Part shown: positions 29,207 to 38,259 of the stretch, piece after piece | Position numbering within the stretch: the first letter of the stretch is position 1 | Layout of the letters: every line of letters starts with the position of its first letter | Origin: a virus | IMG/VR virus record: IMGVR_UViG_3300007734_000760 | Location: 64,001-128,000 of that record | Strand: one strand, 5' to 3' | Length of the DNA stretch: 64,000 bases | Made by a program: the position numbers and the translations under genes | Notes under the pieces: model-generated | Database searches by the model: none | Told to the model about the DNA's origin: nothing | The model's input: the letters and a program-made list of their open reading frames with translations, nothing else

Positions 29207-30096
29207 TATTTAATATCAATTATACTAGAAATAATACTTTTTATATCTTCATTTTTATTAATAATCTTTTTATTATTATTAAAAAATTGTTTTAAAGCAG
29301 TCATTTCTTTTTCATATGTTGCATCATCTCCATCTTCATCAGCTTTTTCAATTTTATTCTTTTTCTTTGTTAAAATATCTTTAATTTTATTAAGAGCTTC
29401 TACATCTTTACTAGTATTACTAGGCATCATATCTTTATCTGCTCCAGCGTTAGCAGCAGATATTGCTGCCGCATCCATTTCTTTTTCAATTTCTTCTGGA
29501 CTTTTTTCTGGTTCTAATTCAGGTTCTAATTCAGGTTCAGATTTTTTAGATTCTTCATCATCATCACCATCAAGAAAACTATAATCTGCTTCTTCTGGTT
29601 CTTCAGGAGCATAAGTTTTAGCGTTAGGTTTATTTAAAACATCATTATTAAAAAAATCTGTAAGAATATTACTAACCATAGCTACATCAGTATTTTTTAC
29701 ACCAGTTTCTTTAAGTTTATTCTCTATATTAATTTTAGATATTCCATCTTCTCCTGCTTTTTCAATTAATGATAACATTACATGTTCAACAGTATCAGAA
29801 CTATACAAATCTAACGCTTCTTTAAATTTAGCTTCATTGTTTTTTTTATAAAGATCAGATGGGCGAGCCATTTCTTTAATAGAATTAGCCATTGCTAATT
29901 TTTCTCTAGCAACAACTAAATCTGCTTCAACTTCTTTCTTATCATTAGGATCTTTAACAGTTGGTAATTTAGAACTTAAAGCCGTTATATTTCTATTAGC
30001 ATTATTTGTTTTTATAGTTTTAGCATTTATTTCAGCTGGAGTTAATTCATTTATGATTTGCTCACGAATATATTTATGTAAATCTGTACGTTTCAT
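29206..30096 (-). CDS. Putative internal-head protein with winged-helix-like domain
   Basis: MKRTDLHKYIREQIINE leader; IKE-MARP junction; LIEKAGEDGIS segment; acidic linker. Confidence 0.5.
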   Translation of the reverse strand: MKRTDLHKYIREQIINELTPAEINAKTIKTNNANRNITALSSKLPTVKDPNDKKEVEADLVVAREKLAMANSIKEMARPSDLYKKNNEAKFKEALDLYSSDTVEHVMLSLIEKAGEDGISKINIENKLKETGVKNTDVAMVSNILTDFFNNDVLNKPNAKTYAPEEPEEADYSFLDGDDDEESKKSEPELEPELEPEKSPEEIEKEMDAAAISAANAGADKDMMPSNTSKDVEALNKIKDILTKKKNKIEKADEDGDDATYEKEMTALKQFFNNNKKIINKNEDIKSIISSIIDIK

Positions 30097-30111
30097 TAAT
30101 TAGATTTTTGT

Positions 30112-30119
30112 TATAAATA
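30112..30119 (-). promoter_or_regulatory. Putative late promoter TATTTATA
   Basis: Upstream of the cargo/spanin/terminase run. Confidence 0.6.
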
Positions 30120-30650
30120 TTATAAATTTAAATAAAATTTTAACTGTCTTAATCTATCCTCCGTAGAACCGGATATAATTCCAAAATTCTTAATTTTACA
30201 TAAATGTTCTGATGTAAGAGATTTAATAGTATAATCAATTTGATTGCGATAATATTCATCAGTAGTGCGTACTTTATTATCTTCTATTGGTACCCCAGCT
30301 GGACTAACATAAAATATCCAATCGTATTCTTGTATAAAATTATTAGCAAAGTATTCAAATTTTAATTTATCACTTTCATTAATAGATTGAGCGTTATTAG
30401 TAAATGCTATTACATCTATAACTGTACGATCTGTAATAATATTATCATTAATTAATTCACTAGCACGTTCAGCTAAGAATATAGTTTGACCTTTTAGTGT
30501 ACTATCTGTATTTAAAGGAATACCTAAATCACGTAAATACTTACTACGTTCAGTAGCAAAAGTATAATCTTTAAATTCAGGTAATTCTTTTAATTTATTT
30601 ACAAGTGTAGTTTTTCCTACGCTTACTGTTCCACAAAATCCTATTTTCAT
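30120..30650 (-). CDS. NadR/AAA_28-like P-loop kinase/ATPase
   Basis: KIGFCGTVSVGKTTL, ITDRT.ID and IEDN.VR motifs. Confidence 0.8.
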   Translation of the reverse strand: MKIGFCGTVSVGKTTLVNKLKELPEFKDYTFATERSKYLRDLGIPLNTDSTLKGQTIFLAERASELINDNIITDRTVIDVIAFTNNAQSINESDKLKFEYFANNFIQEYDWIFYVSPAGVPIEDNKVRTTDEYYRNQIDYTIKSLTSEHLCKIKNFGIISGSTEDRLRQLKFYLNL

Positions 30651-30663
30651 AACTTAATATAAT

Positions 30664-30694
30664 TTAATATACGAATAAATTTCGTATAAGCCAA
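30664..30694 (-). promoter_or_regulatory. Host-type (Bacteroidota-like) promoter
   Basis: TTGG-N19-TATATTAA; same spacing as four other copies. Confidence 0.55.
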
Positions 30695-30699
30695 GTAAC

Positions 30700-30939
30700 T
30701 TATAATTCTTGTATGTAAATCATAAAATCTTTTATAATTTCTTGTTTTTTAGGTGACGCGTTTAATATAGCTTCTTTAAGAATCATAGACATATCTCTTT
30801 TAGATTCAACTATAAGTTGTTTAAGAGAATTTAAAGTAGACTCAGCTAAAACTAAATCTACTTCTCCTCCATAATAATCTTCTAAATCATTAAGATATAA
30901 AGTAATATATTTATTTAATTTATTTGATGAATCGTTCAT
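30700..30939 (-). CDS. Hypothetical protein
   Basis: 79 aa; several LxE sites. Confidence 0.5.
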   Translation of the reverse strand: MNDSSNKLNKYITLYLNDLEDYYGGEVDLVLAESTLNSLKQLIVESKRDMSMILKEAILNASPKKQEIIKDFMIYIQEL

Positions 30940-31396
30940 ATATAATTTTTTTAATATGTTTAAATATTTCGTTTAATTTATTTATTTGACTATTTAACCA
31001 CTGGAGGCGTTCACCCATTCTTTTACCATCCATAGGTGATTCAGTATTAGTAATATAACTTATAAGTGGTTTCATATACTCACTACCTGTTAAAAATATG
31101 AATTGATCTTTTTCTAAATTAAGATCTTGATTTTTCATTTGTTTAATTACTTCATCAGCCCACATTTTTTTTTCTTCAGATGACATTTCTTTAAGAGTTT
31201 TATCATATGGTTCTAATACTTTAGTTAATGGTATTAAATGATGTTTAGCAGATAATATAAACATTTTATCTGGTTGTAATGATTTACCGTACTCTAATGT
31301 TTTTCTAAACATAGGTGATGCTGAGTATAAATCTTGAGCCTGTGACGGTTTATCTAATTTAGATTTAGTACAACTTAAAAGTACAATTTTTGCCAT
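30920..31396 (-). CDS. DUF6884-like protein
   Basis: IVLLSC.KSK.....A.DLY..S..F, ILSAKH.L and PYD.TL pattern. Confidence 0.7.
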   Translation of the reverse strand: MAKIVLLSCTKSKLDKPSQAQDLYSASPMFRKTLEYGKSLQPDKMFILSAKHHLIPLTKVLEPYDKTLKEMSSEEKKMWADEVIKQMKNQDLNLEKDQFIFLTGSEYMKPLISYITNTESPMDGKRMGERLQWLNSQINKLNEIFKHIKKIIYERFIK

Positions 31397-31417
31397 ATAT
31401 AATGTTTATTATAAATA

Positions 31418-32479
31418 TTATATAGAATGAATAGTTTTAATTAAATCCGATTTAAATAAATTATTTAAGTGAACTGTTAAACAATCACATAAAATCTGTT
31501 TATATTCAGGATAAGCAATAACTGTATCTTTTATAAAATCCGTGTAATTTTCATAATTATCATAATATTTTTTGTACTTTTTTAGTTGGGAGTGAGTCAT
31601 ATGATAATTTTTATTATTTGATTTATTACGCACTTCACTAAATTGATTAGCTAAAAATAAAATATATGGTTTAGATATTTCAAATTCACAATTAGCTATT
31701 AATTCTATAGCTATTGAATAATTACTATCATCTGTACTAGATAACATATTATATAAAGTTTTAAATGTATCTAAGTCAATTGTTAATTCTTTATTTATTT
31801 CTTTGTTTAATGTATTATCTAATATTAGATCTAATTTTTTTACTTCTACTAAATTTAGTAAATCTAAAAATAAATCAATTGAATCAAATGCTTTTTTATT
31901 ACCATGAGATTTATCAATAGTATAACCTTCTATACTTGGACAATTAAGTAAATCTTTTAATTTAGAATTATGATGTATGTCCTTATGTTTAATTATAAAA
32001 CCCTTTGTAGGTGGTACATAATCATCTTTTGAAGTACCATATCTATTATCTTCTAATATGCTATATCCACTACCTTTAGGATGTATAAAAGATTTATAAT
32101 TATTTACTAATAAATCATAAGGTATAATATACCATATCTCAGCTTTTTTATAATTAGAATCTGTATGAAAATAATAATTTTTTATAAATTCTTCATTAAT
32201 TATTAATGTATCAACTATATTAGATTTTCTAGTAAGTGTTATATTTAATTTATTTTCACTAATATAGTTTTTTAATTTATATGATGGTAGTGTAGATAGT
32301 GATGTTAAATAAACATTTGAATTATCTTTTAATTTATTATTTTTAGATTTTTCAATAATATTACATATTTTTTCTTCATAATCTTTAGATATTATATCTA
32401 CAATATTACTACTATATCCCCTAGTAAATTTATTTGCGCTGTTATCAACCCACAGCATTTGATATTTATTTTCTTCCAT
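31418..32479 (-). CDS. Hypothetical protein linked to AAA/VWA pair
   Basis: 353 aa, tightly coupled to the AAA gene; N-terminal segment loosely BRCT-like. Confidence 0.55.
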   Translation of the reverse strand: MEENKYQMLWVDNSANKFTRGYSSNIVDIISKDYEEKICNIIEKSKNNKLKDNSNVYLTSLSTLPSYKLKNYISENKLNITLTRKSNIVDTLIINEEFIKNYYFHTDSNYKKAEIWYIIPYDLLVNNYKSFIHPKGSGYSILEDNRYGTSKDDYVPPTKGFIIKHKDIHHNSKLKDLLNCPSIEGYTIDKSHGNKKAFDSIDLFLDLLNLVEVKKLDLILDNTLNKEINKELTIDLDTFKTLYNMLSSTDDSNYSIAIELIANCEFEISKPYILFLANQFSEVRNKSNNKNYHMTHSQLKKYKKYYDNYENYTDFIKDTVIAYPEYKQILCDCLTVHLNNLFKSDLIKTIHSI

Positions 32480-32481
32480 AA

Positions 32482-33666
32482 TTATTTTGTTAAAAAGTTA
32501 ATAAGAGTTTTATTTAACATTAATAATTTAAAAGCAGATTGATTACCGTTGTAAATTGATTTAACCATATTGTATTTTAAATCTACAGCAAACATTTCTT
32601 CATTCATTAATAATGCTAATCTATCAATTAATTCTTTTTCTATTTTATTATTTTTACTATAAAATAAGCTATAATTAATTAAACGAGTTGATAAAATTGA
32701 TGCTAAATCTGCTCTATAATTTTTATCTTTACCAATAATTCCTTTTAAAGAATTTAAAACATATTCTTCACTTTTATGAGTTAACATATCTTCTGGTGAT
32801 ATCATTTTGTCTAATTTATTATTAATAAACATAGTAAACATAGTAGTAAACTCAGAACCAACACTACCTTCTCCTATCATTTGTATTAATGATAAACTAG
32901 ATTCAAACGATTTTAATGATGATATTGAATTAAAAAATGTTGTAATACTTCTTGAGTTAATATCTGTAGAAACTAATTCTGGATGTTTTAGTAAGAAATT
33001 AATACATCTACCATCTACTTGATTATTTTCAGCCCATGTTGACCAACATTTAATATCATATTTTAAATTAACAGATATAAATCGTGTTTTTTGAGCGTTA
33101 TCTATACTATTAACTAAATATTCTCCATTATCTGGATTAGCAGTTAACATTATATGCCAATCTTTAGGCAGTGACCAACTAATATACTGTTGTCTATCAA
33201 TTAATTCCATTACAGCTTGTATAAACCTAATATCAGCTCTATTCCAATCATCTAATAATAATATTCCTCCTTTTTCTTTACCAGCAATCCATTCAGGTGG
33301 ACAATAACTCATACGATTTTGACTTGTTGTTACCCAACCTTTCTTATGAAAATCTTCTACTGCATGTTCATCAATCCATGATGTAGTTGTATCATTTTTC
33401 ATTTCAAATTGACGAATTGGAAAACCTACTAAATCACCTAATTCTTCAATTTGGGCTAAATTTAGTTTAACAAAACTTAAACCTAATTCTTTAGCTACTT
33501 GAATAACCATTGATGTTTTACCTATACCTGAATCACCAATAATTTCTGTTGATACAGGCAACTTACCTCCTTCTTGTAAATAACGATTATTACTTACGAT
33601 GTGTGATAAGAATTCTTTTGCTTCATTAATGTTTAATGAGACTTGATTTGTTGTTTTTTTAGACAT
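32482..33666 (-). CDS. MoxR-type AAA+ ATPase
   Basis: GDSGIGKT Walker A; ILLLDDWNRAD Walker B; TANP and D.AQKTRF motifs. Confidence 0.88.
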   Translation of the reverse strand: MSKKTTNQVSLNINEAKEFLSHIVSNNRYLQEGGKLPVSTEIIGDSGIGKTSMVIQVAKELGLSFVKLNLAQIEELGDLVGFPIRQFEMKNDTTTSWIDEHAVEDFHKKGWVTTSQNRMSYCPPEWIAGKEKGGILLLDDWNRADIRFIQAVMELIDRQQYISWSLPKDWHIMLTANPDNGEYLVNSIDNAQKTRFISVNLKYDIKCWSTWAENNQVDGRCINFLLKHPELVSTDINSRSITTFFNSISSLKSFESSLSLIQMIGEGSVGSEFTTMFTMFINNKLDKMISPEDMLTHKSEEYVLNSLKGIIGKDKNYRADLASILSTRLINYSLFYSKNNKIEKELIDRLALLMNEEMFAVDLKYNMVKSIYNGNQSAFKLLMLNKTLINFLTK

Positions 33667-33695
33667 AACTTTTATTTGTTTTTAAATTTATAAAT

Positions 33696-33726
33696 TAAAT
33701 ATACGTTATAAGATAAAGGAGGCCTA
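33696..33726 (-). promoter_or_regulatory. Host-type promoter
   Basis: TAGG-N19-TATATTTA. Confidence 0.5.
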
Positions 33727-34926
33727 ATCTACTATTTTAATAGTATTACCCCAACCATTTTCTTTAACTTTATCTATACTTTCACCCTTAGAACATAAAA
33801 CTAATAACATTGGTTTAAGTGTATTTATTTCTTTTTGTCCAATAAATCCATCTGTTAATATAATTAAACTATTGTATTGTTTATTTTTGTTAAAATATTC
33901 AATAAATGGATTCATATCTGTGCCTCCTCTACCTGTAACTTTTTCAGGCATTTCACCACTGTATTCATAAACATTATTAATAGCAGCATCTCCTTCAGCT
34001 ATAGTTATTGAAATACCTGTTTTCCACATATGATATATTTCTCCAAAAAATTCTATTAAATCTTTATTACTAACTGAACCAGATGTGTCTATTCCTACTA
34101 ATACTCTCTTTTTTGTTTTAATTTTAAGAGCAGGATTTTCTGAAAAACGTTTGTTTAATTTACGTCTTGTTTTTTTAGTGTAAATTTTATTTGATGAACC
34201 AAAAAATCTTCTAAAATATGATTTCCAATCATATGATGGTTCTTTTATTTCAAATAAAGTATCAATATAACTTTGTAACTCCGATGGCACAAATCCTCTA
34301 TCTTTATTTTGAGATTCAATAATTGATTTAATTTGATGATCAACTTGTGCTTTAATTAATTTTTTATCAGCTTCAGATAAACTGTCAAACTCTTTCCATG
34401 TTGGATGTAAACCATTTTTATCTCCACTACCTCCTCCATCACATTCTAAACTAGCTAATAAAGCATTTAAAGTTGGACTTGTATTATTTTGTTTTGCTTG
34501 TTGCAGCAATTCATAATATTTTTTAGTACCAGCTTTTAAAGGTAATTTAAGTTCTGGAAAAGTACTTGGTAGTAAAATATCAGGTGTTGGATAATAATCA
34601 GGAGTTAAATATTGATTTATTTCTACATCCGCTGCTATATTATGTAATTCATGATCTGAGTAGTTATCTCTTTCGTTTAAATGATGAAAACATATATGGA
34701 GTAATTCATGTTTAAGTAAACCAATTTTTTTCTTATCAGTATCTAAACCGCTCCAAAATTCTTCATTAACTATCAATTGATAATTAATTCCGTTTTTACA
34801 TACTCCAGCTGTGGGTACATCATTTCCAATTTTTTTATTTAATGTTGATAAAAATACACCATAAAATGGTTCACTTAACATTAATTGTTTTCCTATTTTT
34901 GATAGGTCATTATATGTATCTTGCAT
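33724..34926 (-). CDS. HEXXH metallopeptidase-like + VWA protein (DUF2201-type)
   Basis: LKHELLH and N.AAD.EIN; MIDAS DTSGS; GRGGTD; TDG. Confidence 0.88.
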   Translation of the reverse strand: MQDTYNDLSKIGKQLMLSEPFYGVFLSTLNKKIGNDVPTAGVCKNGINYQLIVNEEFWSGLDTDKKKIGLLKHELLHICFHHLNERDNYSDHELHNIAADVEINQYLTPDYYPTPDILLPSTFPELKLPLKAGTKKYYELLQQAKQNNTSPTLNALLASLECDGGGSGDKNGLHPTWKEFDSLSEADKKLIKAQVDHQIKSIIESQNKDRGFVPSELQSYIDTLFEIKEPSYDWKSYFRRFFGSSNKIYTKKTRRKLNKRFSENPALKIKTKKRVLVGIDTSGSVSNKDLIEFFGEIYHMWKTGISITIAEGDAAINNVYEYSGEMPEKVTGRGGTDMNPFIEYFNKNKQYNSLIILTDGFIGQKEINTLKPMLLVLCSKGESIDKVKENGWGNTIKIVD

Positions 34927-34953
34927 AACTTTTTTTTAATTTAATATAAAAAT

Positions 34954-34976
34954 AAAAAAGACTTCCTTGGAAGCCT
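34954..34976 (-). terminator. Probable intrinsic terminator
   Basis: AGGCTTCC-AA-GGAAGTCT plus T run. Confidence 0.5.
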
Positions 34977-35005
34977 AATTAATTCTATAAATCTTTTATG
35001 TTAAT

Positions 35006-35416
35006 CTATTTAAAAATATCATCTTCTAAATCCTTTAGACTATCAAAAAAATTATTTTTTGATACTCTTTGTTTAGAAAAAGGTGTAAAAGCATTATTTT
35101 CTCCTCTTCCTCCTTTAGCAATAATTCCAGATTTTATTAAACTGTTAATTTTAGGTCTAAGAACGGTGACATAAGATTGCGCGTTTTTATTTTGAAGTTT
35201 ACTAATATTTTGAATTAAAGCATCAGCAATTTGAATAGAATCTAATCCTTTATCTCCTGCTTTTTCTAAAGCATTAATCATTTCTACTATTTCAGGTGTA
35301 TTAGCATGTAATGTTTTAAGACGTTTAGCTTTTTCTTTATCAGTAATAATTATATTATCACCAAAACGACCTTGTTTAGCTTCAGCAAGAATTTTTTGAA
35401 TAAATTTATTTTCCAT
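35006..35416 (-). CDS. Putative internal-head protein with winged-helix-like domain
   Basis: QKILAE leader; ALEKAGDKGL similar to LIEKAGEDGI of 29206-30096. Confidence 0.5.
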   Translation of the reverse strand: MENKFIQKILAEAKQGRFGDNIIITDKEKAKRLKTLHANTPEIVEMINALEKAGDKGLDSIQIADALIQNISKLQNKNAQSYVTVLRPKINSLIKSGIIAKGGRGENNAFTPFSKQRVSKNNFFDSLKDLEDDIFK

Positions 35417-35438
35417 ACATTATGTTTATATATAAATA

Positions 35439-36215
35439 TTATAAAAGTAAAGACTCTGCTACATAAATTCCATGTGCTCCACTAACAGTAATACCACGAG
35501 CACTTAAAGCATCTCCTACAAAATGTACATTTGGATAGTCATTTAATGATAAATTATTATAATTTACTAGTGGTTCAGGACTTAAATACTTGACCTCGGG
35601 CATATATACGCCCCAATCATCTCCCATTTCAGGAAATACAATTTGCATTTCTGTAATAAAATCTTCAATATATTGAGCATATTCTTCACCTAATGCTTCA
35701 AATAAAGAATCCATTGTATCTACTTGAATTGCTGATACTGTATTGCCTTCAGATGTTAAAGCTGGTTTACGAGTACGATTAGGTGAATAATAAGTGCCAG
35801 TACCATCAATTTGTAATTTTTTAACTACTTCTCTACTCCATTTAAATGGATCTTCAATACCTTTGATTTCCATTAAAATACCAAAATTAGTCATATCATT
35901 TCTAAATTGTTCACCTTTTTTAGCATGACCATTGTAAGTAACATCACCATATGTTTCTTCAACAGCTACATATGCTGCGTTATTATTTGTACAAAATGAA
36001 CGTAATGATACTTTATCAAATTTCTTATATAATTTAAAATCGTAACTTACATCAATTAATTTCTGGAAATATTTTTGTGGTGCTTCAAAACGGACCCCCA
36101 ATTGCACACTCTTGCTTTCAGTAGGTAAATCATATTTTTGAGCTAATTTAGCTGAGAAATCAATTCCAGCTTTTCCTGTACCTACAATACATTTATCAAA
36201 TTTTATTTTTCTCAT
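35439..36215 (-). CDS. FAD-dependent oxidoreductase, C-terminal half
   Basis: VGTGKAG, GVRFE.P, RSFC.N....VA.E, NGHA, TNFGIL, PEVKY and VGDA...RGI motifs; ATG 36215 lies just after the HEG stop. Confidence 0.85.
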   Translation of the reverse strand: MRKIKFDKCIVGTGKAGIDFSAKLAQKYDLPTESKSVQLGVRFEAPQKYFQKLIDVSYDFKLYKKFDKVSLRSFCTNNNAAYVAVEETYGDVTYNGHAKKGEQFRNDMTNFGILMEIKGIEDPFKWSREVVKKLQIDGTGTYYSPNRTRKPALTSEGNTVSAIQVDTMDSLFEALGEEYAQYIEDFITEMQIVFPEMGDDWGVYMPEVKYLSPEPLVNYNNLSLNDYPNVHFVGDALSARGITVSGAHGIYVAESLLL

Positions 36216-36216
36216 A

Positions 36217-36843
36217 TTACTTGTTTTTATATTTCCATTTATAACCAAATGCTGTTTTTATTTTACCTTTACAAGCTAAATTTATACAACCATTTGTAAT
36301 TTTCTTATTTAAAGATAAGTAAGCTTCTGAAATAGAAGACCATTCTTTAATAAAATTATCTTGTAAATCATATTGAAGAATAGATTTATTCATAACCCCC
36401 ATCATAGATTTACTTTTCTTTTCACAACTCTCCTTACTCATCTTTTTACCTTTATTAGGTGATATATGGCCTTTTAACCCTTCAGATATTTTTCTTTTAG
36501 ATTCTTCAGAGTGTTTCATTCCTGTAGTACCAGCTTTAACACCACATTCTGCTATATTAGCTAATATATAACCTTTATTTCTTAAATCCAATTCTATTTC
36601 TCTTTCTTTTAATAATGCCTCTTCTTCACTTAATCCTTCAAATAATATTTTAGATTCAAATACACCATTATTTTTATTTACAATATTATGCCAGTATTGG
36701 TTTCTACCATATTTTGATTTATCTCGTTTAGGTATTCCTTTTCCAACATAAAATGGTTCATTTATATCAGGTCGTATATGAATATAAACTATAAAATTAT
36801 TGTTTTGTTTTTTTCTCGTGATATTTTTGTTTAAGTTTTTCAT
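36217..36843 (-). mobile_element. GIY-YIG/NUMOD homing endonuclease gene
   Basis: IVYIH...FYVGKG..R; NUMOD3-like GMKHSEESKRKIS; NUMOD1-like LQYDLQDNFIKEW...AFGYKW; start uncertain. Confidence 0.8.
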
Positions 36844-36940
36844 CGATTTTTTCTTTATTAGACCAGTAATATTTCTTACTATATTCTCGTTGTTTAAGAA
36901 TACGTTCATCTTCTGTTTGGTATTTTTTGATACGTCCCAT
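36797..36940 (-). CDS. Small basic 47 aa ORF absent from the track (MGRIKKYQTEDERILKQREYSKKYYWSNKEKIDEKLKQKYHEKKTKQ)
   Basis: ATG 4 nt after the TATTTATA motif; overlaps the HEG, which lies in its +1 frame. Confidence 0.55.
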   Translation of the reverse strand: MGRIKKYQTEDERILKQREYSKKYYWSNKEKIDEKLKQKYHEKKTKQ

Positions 36941-36972
36941 CGATTATAAATATTACAGATCTAAGAAAAAAT

Positions 36973-37299
36973 CTAAGAAAGTGCCTCTATTTTTGATTTT
37001 AAACTTTCTAAATTATCAAAAGGTTTTACTTTAGATAAATCCCACCCTAATTCACCTGCAGATTTTGTATCTCCTGTTGAATTCTTCATAATGATATAAT
37101 CATCTAAATCTTCTCCTAATTCATTTTCTAATGAGTATAATACTGATTTTAATCTATCAATAGGTAAAGAAGTATAAATAGGTTCAGTACTTAAATAAAT
37201 ACTATAGTTATTTATATGGCTTGGGTGGGTAAATTTATTTTCACTTAATACTTTATTAATTTCCTCTTTAATAATTTGTTGTAATTCAGATTTTTTCAT
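36973..37299 (-). CDS. Putative internal-head cargo protein
   Basis: MKKSELQQIIKEEINKVLSE leader; own TATTTATA motif. Confidence 0.6.
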   Translation of the reverse strand: MKKSELQQIIKEEINKVLSENKFTHPSHINNYSIYLSTEPIYTSLPIDRLKSVLYSLENELGEDLDDYIIMKNSTGDTKSAGELGWDLSKVKPFDNLESLKSKIEALS

Positions 37300-37312
37300 G
37301 TTTATGTTTTGA

Positions 37313-37320
37313 TATAAATA
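37313..37320 (-). promoter_or_regulatory. Putative late promoter TATTTATA
   Basis: Abuts the stop of the oxidoreductase N-half; upstream of the inserted cargo gene. Confidence 0.6.
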
Positions 37321-37839
37321 TTAGTCTTTTAATATTATCTCACCAGTTTCAAAATCAATATCAGTAACTTCCGTATTCCAAATGAAGTTAACTCCTTTAT
37401 CAATTAAATATGAATACCAAGCCTTAGCAATCTCATGTAAATAGTTTGAGCCAATGTGCCATACTGGGAATAAACGTAAACCAAAATATGGTTTAATAAA
37501 TTCAGGTTCTTTTTGTGGATCAGAACAGAATATTTCTTCTGGTTTAGGATGAAAACGAGTAAAGTTATCTACTACTTGTTTCATTAATTCCATTGCTTTA
37601 TCTTCACCACAATATTTTGCTAATTGACCTCCAATTTCAGTATGGTAAGTTAATTTACCATCACTCCAACCACCAGCACCTAACATACCTTCCATTACCT
37701 CTTCAGGTTTGCGGTTATATGGATCTTGTCCTTTATCTATGATTGTGATTAGATCTCCAGGATATCCATTATCTACTAATTTAGTAGCAGCGTTAATACC
37801 TGCTACTCCTGCTCCAATAATTACAATTTTTTTATTCAT
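37321..37839 (-). CDS. FAD-dependent oxidoreductase, N-terminal half
   Basis: Rossmann IIGAGVAG; EG..GAG.WSDGKL; HIGS; ends just after TEVTDID. Confidence 0.85.
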   Translation of the reverse strand: MNKKIVIIGAGVAGINAATKLVDNGYPGDLITIIDKGQDPYNRKPEEVMEGMLGAGGWSDGKLTYHTEIGGQLAKYCGEDKAMELMKQVVDNFTRFHPKPEEIFCSDPQKEPEFIKPYFGLRLFPVWHIGSNYLHEIAKAWYSYLIDKGVNFIWNTEVTDIDFETGEIILKD

Positions 37840-37843
37840 ATTT

Positions 37844-37874
37844 TAAATATATAATCTTTTATCTAAGAAGCCAA
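37844..37874 (-). promoter_or_regulatory. Host-type promoter
   Basis: TTGG-N19-TATATTTA. Confidence 0.55.
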
Positions 37875-37952
37875 AATAAAAGTGGCATCCTTTTTAGGAC
37901 GCCACAGCTGTCATATTTTATCTCTTTTGAGCGACCGGCTATGAATCGGTCT
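37873..37952 (-). ncRNA. Pseudoknot + terminator RNA element, copy A
   Basis: GACCG-AUUCAUAGC-CGGUC hairpin whose loop can pair with downstream GCUGUGG; terminator GUGGCGUCC/GGAUGCCAC-UUUU. Confidence 0.55.
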
Positions 37953-37962
37953 GCATTTTTAA

Positions 37963-38233
37963 TTAATATTTAATTCCTAAAAACTTAGCTAGTTTATCAA
38001 ATTGATCATAATCCATCCAATCAACCCATAATACTATTTCTCCTTTTTTTATTCATTACAAAATTTTTAGGTGTAATAAAATCTTGTAATTCAGGGTTAT
38101 CTAATATAGCATCTTTAGTACTATTATTCATTATGATTTTATCTTCTTGATAATCAAATTCTTGATTTTCATTAATCAAACCCGCCAATTTCTGCATGCG
38201 TTTAAATTCTTCAGATAATAATTGTTTTTTCAT
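37963..38233 (-). pseudogene. MQKLAG-tagged small protein with apparent +1 frameshift at A7
   Basis: Removing one A at 38044-38050 extends the protein to NKKGEIVLWVDWMDYDQFDKLAKFLGIKY, ending at 37963 just before the terminator. Confidence 0.5.
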
Positions 38234-38259
38234 TATGTATTAGTTATATATTATACATA

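Noticed and set aside
36216-36248. MVINGN N-terminus of the oxidoreductase C-half as a shared signal with primase
   Set aside because: It is the alternate-frame reading of the HEG GYKWK codons; ATG 36215 is the better start.
36216-37320. Group I intron or intein in the oxidoreductase
   Set aside because: The gap is filled with ORFs and promoter motifs; no ribozyme core is evident; both halves have their own start and stop; no intein motifs.
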